From contig NC_135894.1 in the NCBI RefSeq assembly GCF_964194155.1, positions 51,274,001 through 51,338,000 of the forward strand: a stretch of 64,000 nt of DNA. The letters run 5' to 3'. Both the position numbers and the translations under genes were made by a program. The number at the start of each line of letters is the position of its first letter. Position 1 is the stretch's first letter. Origin of the DNA: Cetorhinus maximus. Lineage: Eukaryota. Below are positions 39,071 through 50,471 of the stretch, piece by piece. The notes beneath the pieces were generated by a model, which saw only the letters and a list, made by a program, of their open reading frames with translations, was not told the origin of the DNA and did not search any database.

Positions 39071-39389
39071 TAGTAATCATAAACCTAAAGAGAAAGAGTA
39101 TGTAGGCACACTAGGGCAGCATGGGTTTTCATACTTTATATGACACTCTATGTTAGTGTATGATTAAATAGTCTTGTTTATTTTATTCATACATGCTAGG
39201 TGGTCTTATTATTGTCACCTAGTTAGCAATGCCAGCACTTGTAGAATCTAGCAGGCCTGTATGGGTGAAGATGGAGTAGTAACCACTCCATTTTGGGATG
39301 GCAAGATTGAAGTGATTTGTTGATGGACAATGGTGAATTGCTCTCAGGAGGAGATACAGATGTCCTTTGGGTTTAAGGTCTTGTCAAAG

Positions 39390-40880
39390 GCTTCATGGCT
39401 GTTGGAATTTTGTGTGAATGAGGGACTTAGAGACCTTCCTTGTGCATCTTTCCATTTCCCTTGCATCTGCTGCAGGAGCTCCAACCTGCTGTCCTGCCTG
39501 CTCTGGTCCCTCCTCCCTATCCTCCTTGTCAGAAGAGGAGTATTGCTCTTCCAGGTCAGTAGCCAGCAAGACCTCCCTCACTGTTGCGTAATGCACAGCA
39601 AACGATGTTAATCTGGAGACCCTCTGAGGCACATATTGAAGAGCTCTGCCAGAGTGCTCCAGGCAGTGGAATCTCATTTTCAACAGCTAATGGTCTGCTT
39701 GATCGTCGCCCTTGTTGATTTATATGGCGTTCATTATAACGCTACTCTGCTGAGGTTGAGGGTACCTTACCGTTGTCATTAGTCAGGTTTTCAATGGATA
39801 ATCCCCTGTTATCCGGAATCCATCCATACAGGTGTGCAGGCGCCTCAAACAGCTGTGGATTGGTGTACAATGTATGCATCATGAAGGCTCCCTGGGAACC
39901 AAGCACACACTTGGAGAATATGCCTCTTTTGGCTGCACATCAATTGCACTTAAATGGAGAGGAACCCCTTTTCTGTTGATAAATGATGCAGGTTAGTCCC
40001 AGGGACCCCAATGCTATGTGTACAATAAATAACCTTCTGTACTTGTGGGAAGCCTGCGATGGACCTGAAGCCCACAAATCTTTCAGCCTGGCTCTCTGGG
40101 TTATTTCTGTATCGCACAAACTCTCTGGCTCTTTTAAACAGGATATTTGTCACTTCTTTAATTCAGCATTGAGTGGCAGCCTAAGTGGCGTACACATGTC
40201 CCCAGTGGAGCCCTGGAAAGAGCTGCTGGGGTAGATGTTTATTTCTGCCTTTGCTTTCAAAGTGACAGGCATTAAGTTCTCTCTGAATCCCAGGGGCTGC
40301 AGGTTAGACCATAAGATGTAGGAGCAGAAATTAGGCCAATGAGCCCATCGAGTCTGCTCTGCCATTCAATCATGGCTGATAAGTTTCTCAACCCCATTCT
40401 CCCGCCTTCTCCCCGTAACCTTTGATCCCCTTACCAATCAAGAACCTATCTATCTCAGTTATCCTGTAGCACAGCACACAGGTCAGTGATGGCCTCCCAA
40501 GACATCCACAATTGTCGTTAGCATTAGCTTTCAGATATTTGGAGGTAGTTGAGTTGAGACCTATATACTTTGGAATGCAGCAATGATCTTTGTCTGACTG
40601 GCCCCTAGTTGGCTCCATCTTGAACATCCTCAGCATTTGGAGGAGTCACAGGCTGAGTCCTCTGATGGTTTCCTTCCATTTGTGCATCTGTACTTAGTTC
40701 CAGACCCCCTCTGCACTGCTATTCCTCCACCTGGGGCTCCAGGAAGACTGGGTGGACAAGATCCATGTTGGCTGCAGGAGCTCTACAGATGTCAAGACCC
40801 TGGCAAGAGTATGCCCTCCAATAGGTCCCTGGCGTTCAGGAAAAACCTGGCACCCACGGTCGCTAGCCAGTTAAATCTGA
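39390..40880 (-). pseudogene. HARBI1-like PIF/Harbinger DDE transposase pseudogene
   Basis: GFRSIAGFPQVQKVIYCTH, NRKGF, FPGSLHDAY, KMRFHCLEHSGRALQY and an acidic tail. Multiple stops. Interrupted by a CR1 tail. Confidence 0.85.
40302..40460 (-). mobile_element. Young CR1 3' end inserted in the transposase
   Basis: Antisense of the CR1 tail (EIDRFLIGKGIKGYGEKAGEW; TCAGCCATGATTGAATGGCAGAGCAGACTCGATGGGC). Confidence 0.85.
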
Positions 40881-41539
40881 CCTTGTCCTCCATGATATGA
40901 GCCTTGACTTCCCCAAGATCACCCAAGACCTCCCCAAGATCACCCTGTCTTCCAGGCACTGACCATTGTCCTCTTTAAGGTCACCTTGCCATCCCCACAG
41001 TGACCTTCGACATACCCGCAATGACCCTTGTCCTCCCTGAGATCACCCTGTCTTCCATGCCGTGAACCTTGTCCTCTCTGCAGTGATCTTTGACCTCCCT
41101 GCATTGACTTTTGTCCTCCTCACGATGATTCACAGCCTCCTCTCCCCTCTTTGACGAAAGTGGATGAGTTGTGGCAGGCAGCTCCAAATGGCTCACCTTC
41201 CCCTAATAGGCTGACCCGCCTGCTCACTGCCAGCATTAAATGGCTGGAAAACCGAAGACCCATGATCCCCATGTGTCTCAAACTTAATAAAAAAAAGGTA
41301 ACAATTGATTGTCAAAAGTTCCATGGTAATGAGTTATAATGATGTGCAAAGCCTTGAAATTACTTCCCCACCATATGATGTGAGTATTGCCCTCCCACTT
41401 CGTTCCCGCTGCCAGGATCATTTGGGACTTTTAGTCCAATGTTCGACAACTGACACAGCACCTCCTGCATGATTCAACACTCTCTCCTCTCCCCATCATA
41501 CCCTGCTCCCTCAACGAGCATTAAACTGTGCCCAGAGTT

Positions 41540-41616
41540 AAAACATTAACTCTGTTTTGCTCTCCACAAATGCTGCCTGACCTGCTGTGTATTTCTAGCA
41601 TTTTCTCTTTTTATTT
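41540..41616. mobile_element. Penelope-type palindromic repeat, right-arm fragment
   Basis: AAACATTAACTCTGTTTTGCTCTCCACAAATGCTGCCTGACCTGCTG matches 30277-30350. Confidence 0.65.
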
Positions 41617-41799
41617 ACACCATTATACAATCCTTATTTTCTGATACTTCCTGCAGTGCTAACTTCTCATGGTCCTTGTGAAAGAGAATCAGAAAAGAAA
41701 TTCCTCATCAAACAGCTTCCCTTTCTCACTCCCGTGTTAGCTGATATTTCCCAAATAAAAATTCTGTTTTGTTAACAGATCTCTTAATTCAGTTACTAT

Positions 41800-42915
41800 C
41801 CCTCTTTCCTTCTGTCATCACCCCCTCAAAAAAAACATTTGATCCCTTCATCCTTGCAAAGGTCTCCAATCCTTTTCCTCTCCAAAGTGCTAAAATGTGT
41901 TTTGCCTCCCAAATCTGTGTCCATCTTTCCTGGAACTCCATGCTTGAATCCCTCCAGTCAGGTTTCTGCTCCTGGCACAGTATTGAAAAGGCTCTTATCA
42001 GAGACACAAGTTGTATCTGATATAACTGTGACAAAAGTAAACCATACCTCCTCATCCTTCTCAACATATCTGCAGTCTTTGACATAGTTGACCACAACAT
42101 CCTTCTCCAATGCCTCTCCTTTGTGATCCAGCTAGGTGAGACTGCATAGCCTAATTCCATTCATATCTACCTAATTGGGAAAACTGAAGCCATTGCTTTC
42201 TGATCCACCACAAACTCCCAATCCCAGCCACTGATTCTAATCATCTCCCTGGCAATGGTCTGAAGTTGAACTAGACTGTTTGCAACCTTGGTGTCATATT
42301 TGACACCGAGATGAACTTCTGACTGCCTATTCCTATCTTTGAAACATGTTCCAACTGTCCCTATCTTGGTTCAGCTGCTCATGAATCCCTCATCCATGAC
42401 TTTGTTATCCCTATACTTGACTATTCCAACATGATTCTGCTGGCATCCTATCTATAAAATTGATGCCAACCCAACCCTCACCAAGTCCCATTCAGCCATC
42501 ACTCCTGTGCTCACTAACCTACATTGGTTCCTAGTTAGGCAACTCCTCCATTTTAAAATTTTTATCCTTGTTTTCAAATCCTTCCATGGCCTCACCCCTC
42601 CCTACCTCTGTAATTTCCTCCAGCCCCACAACCCTCCGAGAAATATATGTTCCTCTAGTCCCACCTCTTGAATATCCACATTTTTAATCGCTCCACCATT
42701 TGTGGCCATGTCTTCATGGTCCCTAAACTCTGAAATAATTTCCCTAAACCCCTCTGCCTCTCTACCTTGCCTTTCTCCCTTAAGGTGCTCTTTAAAATCT
42801 ACCTCTTTAATATCACCTCTGGGGACTTGATGATATATCTGTAGCTCCTGTGAACTGTCTTGGGACATTTATTTAGCTTAAATGCACTATATAATAAGAG
42901 TTTTTGTTGGTGGTG
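41800..42915 (+). mobile_element. L2-type LINE RT remnant and 3' tail
   Basis: LESLQSGFCSWHSIEKAL, SAVFDIVDHNILL, KTEAI and LHW motifs. Tail TTGGGACATTT...GCACTATATAA...TTGTTG. Confidence 0.85.
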
Positions 42916-43039
42916 TTAAAGAGTAATCTAAGCCATAGTACAGTCCTTTAAGAAACTTACAGAACTCTTTCACTTGACAGAAAGAAGCAAAATGTATTTA
43001 TTTGAACTCCCAATCTTAACCACAAAAGCACTAAAAATG

Positions 43040-43320
43040 AAATTTATCTTGTCTGTCAAACAACTAATTAAAACCCTATTGCCTCACTGTGCTATGTGAC
43101 TTCTGAATTTAATTTCATAATAGATCATAAATGGCAAAGACTGCTGCATTTTTGATCAAAGTAAGACCTGTCTCAAAACCAATAAAACTGCTGCCATGGA
43201 AAATGTCAAGCTGACAATGCATTCTCTTTGAAATAGGCAATAAATTAATATTATAGCTGCCATTTACCTTTTGCTGTTAATTCCAGTTTTTCTTAGCAAT
43301 TAAGGCCAATTAGTGAGAAT
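43040..43320. promoter_or_regulatory. Candidate conserved non-coding enhancer
   Basis: Repeat-free. Clustered TGTCA/TGACA, TAATTA, TCATAAA, TTTGATCAAAG, CCAATAAAA and GCAATAAA motifs. Conservation not testable here. Confidence 0.4.
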
Positions 43321-43764
43321 ATTGAGGGCCTCATGGGATGACATACATTGTGAAGTTCAAATCCCATTGAGATCTGTGATTGAACCTTTTTTCTTGAACT
43401 TCAATAAAAAAATATCCTTTTTCAGAACATTTTGACTGGAAAAGTTCTGTTTAAGTGTTTTATTCACTTGAGATATTTTATTTTAAAACACCGAAGCATT
43501 TAATGGAAGCACAGTTGAAGAGTTTTTGTAGCACCACTATGTTTTTATCAAGGTCAAGTGCCAACAACTATACCTAGTGACTTTTGAATTCTGTATAAAT
43601 GCAGATAAATAAATATTATTAATTTAGTGTTTTGTAATTATTTTAATTTGGAGAAAATTACAGTTACAATTAAAATTTCCATTATTTAAATAGGATCCCA
43701 TATAAAATAATATTTTAAAACAAATGTAAAATGACTCAATATATAAGGCAATTTTTAAAAAAAA

Positions 43765-44570
43765 TATTCTTGGGATGTGGGCAAGGCCAGCATTTATTGT
43801 CCATCCCTACTTACCCTTGAGAAGGTGGTGAGTTATGGGCCTTTTTCTTGAACTGTTGCATCCAGTGATTTGGAGGTAATATCACAATGCTCTTAGGTGG
43901 TGAATTCCTGAAATTTGATCTAGCGGGAGTGAATGAACAGCGATGGATCAGGATTGGGTGAAACTTGAAGGCGATAATGTTTCCATGTGCCTGCTGCCAT
44001 GTCCTTCTAGGGTATGGAGGTGGTGTCTGCCAATGAAGCCTTGGTTAGTTGCCACAATGCATCCTGTACATAGTACACAATGCAGTCATGGTATGCCAAT
44101 GATGGAGAGGGTGTTTACTCAGGCTAGTTGATAACGTCTATCAAGCAGACTGCTATTTTCCTGGACAGCATTAAGCTTATTCAGTATTGTTGCAGCTGTA
44201 CTTACAGAGACAAGTGGAGAACATTCAACCACAGCCGCTGACATGGCTGTAGTAACCATAGCATTTATGTGTTTGATTATGTTCTTGGTCAATAGTGACT
44301 CCTATGATGTTGATTGTAAAGTACTCAGGAATTTTAATGCCACTGTGTGTCAAGGGGAGGTAGTAATGCTCTGTCTTGTTGGAGATGGTCATTGTCTCGC
44401 ACTTGTGTGGTGCAACTGTTATTTGCTACTATTAGCCCAAGCTTGGATATTGTCTAGATCTTGCTACATATTGGCATGGACTCATTCTTACCTAAGTTAT
44501 TGTAAAGCTAAGCAATCGGCAAACAGCCCCTTCTTCATGAAGCAGCTAAAGATGGTTGAACCTACAACAA
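43765..44570 (-). mobile_element. CR1-clade LINE 3' portion
   Basis: TGGGATGTGGGCAAGGCCAGCATTTATTGTCCATCCCTA...CCCTTGAGAAGGTGGTGAG is antisense to the LINE tail at 11219-13350. Confidence 0.85.
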
Positions 44571-47263
44571 AGTAGTTAATAGTGCAGTTCAAATGATAAG
44601 ATGACTAAGAAAAGCAAAGTGAAAATAGCAGATGGAGAGAGGCGAGAAGCAGAAAATAAAGGGGAGGAAGAGGGATTGGTGTAGTGGAAATGGGGGTAGT
44701 AGAGAGGAAGGGGGAGGAAAAGAATAAAGAGCGGGAAGAAAGACGATGGGGACTTTGGAGAGGATGCATCTCTCCTCATAAGGAGGGAAGGGAAAAGGGT
44801 GCAGAGAATGGGAAAAGGAGGATAAGCAGGTTTGGTCCAATCATCTAAGTAACATTTAGTGAGAAGGGAAGTTGCAAGTGCTTTAGTGAGAAGCTGTATC
44901 TCCATCACCAGCTGATCAATAAACCGATGGTCAGTTGGAGAAGGATACTGTGTGGCTGAGGAGATGGATTCCATTCGAATAATCAGAGGGGGCATTTTTA
45001 GGTGTTTTTTTTTAATTGAATCACGGCATTTTTGTGCAATGCTGAAAGCGCAACTGAAAATTCAATTACCTTAAATTCTGTGAATCTAACTAGAAGACTT
45101 TCTCCAGAAGATCAAATCTCTCCCTGTCCTTATCCAGTTTTCAAGGTCTTTCTATAATGTGGCAATTGGAACAGTTCAGGCTTTGTATTAACAACAAACT
45201 GCATTAGTCTCAGACCATTGCTTTTAAAGGGGATGCATTCAGGGTGGTAGGAAGTCATCATGTTTTATTGAGTGCTTTCAAAAGAGTGCTGCCTTTCAAA
45301 GCCACACTGCAAACATTGCAGTAACTCCCCAGTTGATTTACTGTTTAAAGAAACTTGCCAAGTGATTATTACCAGCTAACGGTACACTGAGCCCTACAAT
45401 AAATGCCATAGAATTTATTGCTTCTATAGAAAAACAAAAGAATGTTAATCGAATGGAAACAAAGCACTCAAGTTGCTTTTGGGTCTCTATCTTTCGTTTC
45501 ACTGTTGTCTTAATAAAAATCTAAGCCTCTTTAGTGCTTAATTTACCAGTGTTAATTTTAAATCACACAATTTAGGCCATTTTTTACATTCTTCAAGAGG
45601 CTTGCAATGAAGTAAAAATCTGAGTAAAAGCTAATGTTGGTAATAAGCACCAATATACTGTTCTTCCATTTTTCTTTCAGGATTCCTTACTTTTAAAATA
45701 GCTTCACAAACATTGATAAACAGTGGAAAGAAATAAAATTACTTGCCAGAGCCTTATTAAAGCCAACTCATGTTAAACTCATGCAGTGTTATGCAGCTGT
45801 AAGGATCCTAAACTGTGAGCATTAGATATCTCACAGTACAATCCAGCTCTCAACCACACAATACCCCTCTCCATACTGACCATCATTTTAGTACAACAGC
45901 TGAAGGAACAGAGGTCACTGTAGCAGTCCAAGTGACAAGGCAAGCACATGACCCTCATTAGCATCTACCTGGAAGATACCTTTCTTTACGTTCTATCTGG
46001 CATATGACTCTCATTCAGTTCTACATAAGCAGTTGCTTTAGCACAACTGAGTCAGCCACCTAGGCTTAAAAGGATAGGTCAATGCTCAGCAGAGTGGCTG
46101 TGATTGAGATGTGCTGCTGGTAGCCTCAACTTTTATGTCACAGGGCCTTTCAAGTTCTCCAAGGGACATCTCAGGAGTCAGTCATTTTTCTATTCATCCA
46201 TTAAAGAGGCTACTGAAACCTGACTACACACACTTAAATAGTGTTTCACAACAGCTAAATAATGACTTACCCAGATATAGGGTATAATTAACGATACATA
46301 CATTCCTACCAACAATTGTGTGGCATACCTATATTAGCACTATTACTCCGTCAATGACATTTGATCTAAGCAGGAATTTGAGATATCTCAATGAACATTT
46401 CCCAGAAGAAATGTATGATACTTTCATTCTGAGGCAATCAATTGTGGTATAGCATTTTGAAGGAGAAAGACAAATGGAGGTTCTCAAGATATGGGCTCTG
46501 GACTGTTTGCACGACAGCTGATGATCCGGCACAGCTCTTTTATTCCAGGAGAAAACAGGCATAGCAAGAGATATGGGCAAACTAAGCCTTCATTTTGGTG
46601 CTAATGCAATGCTTTTAATGTTTAGAAAGAACATGGGGAACCTAACAATTACACCAGAAATGGTTGATTCTATTTAGCCATTTTTCAACATACTGAGCAA
46701 TATTATATGGATAAAACACTTGCCATGGAGTTAGCTGAGGAGCTGCTGCATGCTATGAAAAAACAGGACAATAACGTAAAACAACCACCCATTTCAAGAA
46801 GAAGGATGGGAACATGAAGATTTTTTTGTCCTATTTTTCAAATGCAATTGTTCACCTTTACTTTCTGCTTAACATAAGGAGTACTTTCTGCGCAATAAAA
46901 TGACAGAAGACAAGATACATTAAAAGGGAATACATTTGACCATGGCTTGTTGTGTATTTGTTTTGCTGGTTAATTTGCCTTTCAAGTGCCTTGAATGTTT
47001 GTGTGTTCATTGTTGATATAAACCCCAGTTCAGGGAAGAACAGTGTTTGGTGTCTGCATAGTATACTGCCAACTGAATGAGATGCAGAAGTTCCTTCTGG
47101 ATCACTGGCTTACGTTGATGTATCCAAAACAGTACTAAGTGTTTCCTGCTTTCAGAGACAGTATCTACATGTGACATTGATTTGCTGCTGCTAATCAATG
47201 CATGCCTCTGCTGGAGAGATCTTGTCAAATGGTCAATTGACCTATGAGAGCACAGAATACTCA

Positions 47264-48484
47264 GGCCAGCATTTTCTGTGCCCGCCGGCATCGGGTGTGT
47301 TCAGTGGCATGAGGAGGCCAAAAATCGCTTTCGCAATGTTGTGAAACCAGTTTACGATCGTCTGCTCCGCCCACCAACAGTGGGCCACGTTCCCCACCAT
47401 CGGACGTCAGGAACCTCATTGTAATGCATCAGCATATCATTATAAGGCCAGCCTGCCGGACTCATCCCCCCCACTGGATCGGCCACCCACGTCGGCAGGA
47501 AAACACGCCATGTTTCACAACAGCATATATAAGGCATGCACTTGGTGGGCTGCACTTCACTTGGGACTTCAAGGTTTGTTTGCCTACCTTGCTTTGGTCA
47601 GCACTCAAAGTCATCAGCGCCAGGCTTCACAGACAGCACCACGTCACTTTTAGGGGGGCTCACAGGTAGGTCTTTACCCACCAGATCTGCCATATGTGGG
47701 TGGCTTGTCAATGACTGCAGGGCTAGGGCTTGCTTAGGGAAGGGGGAGAAGTTGCCTCAGGCGAGGGAAGAGGCTGCAGGACAAGAGCTGTGCTGGGGAA
47801 GGAGGGTATCCCAGGGCATGTGTGGGGGCACATGTTGATCTGTGCAATTGACCTCAAGGTAGTGAGGGCTGAGGAGGCAGTCTCTAGAGGAGATGAGGCC
47901 AGATGGACAGGGTGGGTATGTGTGTGAGAATGAGTGGTGATGCCCCTTGAGCTGGCAGAGAGTAAGATGCCAGTGGATATGTGATGGGCTTGAATGTGTG
48001 CGTTTAGAGTGATGAGATGGTTGCCATACCCTTGCTGCACAGATAAGATCATTTATCCTCTATCTACATTGGATGGCCAAACTCTTCTCTGCAACATTGG
48101 CACCTATCGCCACTGCCTACCAAGCCACAGTGGTAATGTAGCTGCTCCCCTGTGGCCAGCGACGGGTAGGGGACATCACAGCGGACCTCCAAGGCATCCA
48201 AAAAGTGCTCGAGGGCTGCAGTCTTCTTGCCTTTCAGGGGCCATGTCTTCTTTGCTGCAGTCCTGGGCTGGAAGCACTGAGCACGGCTGTACTTTAAGTG
48301 TGGTGCCTGGTGATGAAGCAGCGAGGTGATGGCATGGCCGGGGAATCGGAGCCTGCCCACCATGGAAATGGCGTATTTCCTGGGAATGCAGAAGTAATGT
48401 GATGGGTATAGGATGATGTGGCGTGAAAAGCTGTCATCAACCGCCCTCTAGTGCACTTAGTGCAAATCTGGGATGATTCTACCC
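47264..48484 (-). mobile_element. Non-autonomous Harbinger derivative retaining Myb/SANT exon 1
   Basis: Termini GGCCAGCATTTTC...GATGATTCTACCC with an exact TCA TSD. Minus ORF LKGKKTAALEHFLDALEVRCDVPY. Confidence 0.9.
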
Positions 48485-49074
48485 TCAGCATCTGTCAGAT
48501 CTTTGAGCATTTCCCTCATTATTACCTGCAAGCATTCTGCAAGTGAGTCAAAACTGCCATGACTGCAGTTTGGAGTTTGGACCTTTTGAGGCATACATTG
48601 CAAATGCCACTAATGTACACAATTGCAGAGTACAGCTTTGACAACTTATGGTCAAAACTAACCTTATCGCCTTTGACTGCCATGTGTATGATGATAAATG
48701 ATTGTTCAATAAGGACAATTACTACATTCTCCATTGAAAATTTGTCACCAAATAATGCAGGAATGATTACACAATATGCTTGGCTTGCACCCTGCACCCT
48801 GTACCAGCTGACCCCTCACCAGCTCCCACCAATGCTATCTTCTCATCACCATGTATCTTTGTCTCTTTTTATGTTAGCCATCAGCCTCACTATAATCTTC
48901 TTCCTGAGTTGTTGTCTGATTCAAGCGGATTGAGAATTATTAGTGATGTGAGCAGTGCTCTTCAGATATGTTTTTCAGGCCATTGGTTTATTCTTGGTCT
49001 ATGAAAAGAGCATGTGGGACACACACTACTCACGAAAATTCCTTCCTGCAGGACGTTTTTATAGTCAACATATC

Positions 49075-49180
49075 ATATTAGTGGCAGACCACCACCTCCT
49101 CCAAGGGCAATTAGGGATCATGGGCAACAAATGCTGGCCTTGTTAGCAACACACCGCATCCCATGAAAGAATTAGAAAAT
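49075..49180 (+). mobile_element. CR1/HE1 3' tail fragment
   Basis: CACCACCTCCTCCAAGGGCAATTAGGGAT...AAATGCTGGCCT...CATCCCATGAAAGAAT. Confidence 0.75.
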
Positions 49181-50471
49181 ACAATGCAGTTTTCATTTTA
49201 TTATTTTTGCATCATACTGTTTTACTCTAAATGTCCTTGCTAAAATTTCCCTGCATCAGCAGGTTTCCTTTAACTAATATATTTTCCTTCATGTCCATGT
49301 ATGTCCTATGTGGCCATGTGAAGAATAATGTTGTCTTTGAGGTCTTCATTTGGCCATGAAACATCCTCCAGACTCTTGATAGCTCTCTAGGGTTGTTGAC
49401 ACAGAGGTCACACTGTTTGTAATCTACTGTCATTTTGTTTCCAAATCATGTTTAATTGTTGTCCTCCCACATTGCAAGTATAATTAATTTTTCTCGATTA
49501 GAAATTCACAAACACATTCAGTTCTTGGTCACTAGATATGGCTTCATTTCTCTGTGGGTCTTGAACCACCCTTCAAATTACTTGCACATTTTTAATTTTT
49601 AAGGGGGTCACCATAATGTTGATTTTGGAGTGAGCCATCAAACATTCTGAATTTCCTAATACCGCAAAGGCCCTGTAGTTGCCATTAGTGGCATAGGTGC
49701 TTGGCGATGATCCCAGAAGGTCTGCTGTAGTCACCAGCTAATGTCTGTGGTGCATATAATCCTGGTGTTATTATCAGGATTGCTGGCCTATGGATTTCCA
49801 GGGCCAGCAGGTTTATGGTAATTACAAACTTTACTAATCTTGAAACGTCAATAACAGTACATTTGCTTCTCCTCTAATAACTCTTAACATTAAACTTACC
49901 CTTGAGACATGGTTTCTTTACTTCTCCATCCAAGGACACAGCATCAATTAATCCACCTGTATCAAGGCCTTTGGCATATCAAACTGCAACATACATTTTT
50001 TGCAGCCTGCAGAAACAGCTTAGATTTTATTCCTAGGTGCGCTATCATCAGCAAGGAAGAATGCTATAAATAATCCATCATACATAAAAGTGTTTCATTT
50101 TTGTCACATCACTTCCCCTCGCTTTTGAAAAGTTTCCTCATTCTTATCTGACATCTTGCCTACGAGGACTTTGTGCATTGAATTTGGCACAGCACCATGG
50201 TCTGCTGAACCTTTTGGGTCTCAGAAGCCCATAGGCTGTATGGAAACTTGTCCAATACAGACATGCCACTCGACACCTAACACCTCTGGCACTTGAAGTG
50301 TCTCATGCATTTCGAGCAGCTGTCTTTTCTGTTATTTATATTCAGCCAAAGATAAACAAAGCAACTTACTTTTGTCAGTGAAAAGCCCCGATGCTCTTCA
50401 TTAATGCATCACTTTAATTAAGAATCTCTGTTTTCAGTTAAATGAACACAGTATTATAAGATAAAATACAT

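Larger units (their letters stand above)
37690..41437. mobile_element. Decayed two-gene Harbinger element (Myb on +, transposase on -, convergent)
   Basis: Myb exons 2-3 on + (37859-39070) and transposase on - (39390-40880). Left end truncated. Confidence 0.8.

Noticed and set aside
40875-41135. CRISPR-like array
   Set aside because: The units are degenerate and contiguous, with no unique spacers or cas genes, in a vertebrate context.
45760-46070. Possible ancient minus-strand tRNA SINE
   Set aside because: Only a faint A-box-like head is visible. It is too degraded to call.
3117-48798. Naming the candidate exons as a CatSper auxiliary subunit, a PKD1-like REJ protein or DNAAF9
   Set aside because: From memory, short motifs resembled all three unrelated families about equally and not in consistent order. 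That points to spurious matching, so no symbol is assigned.
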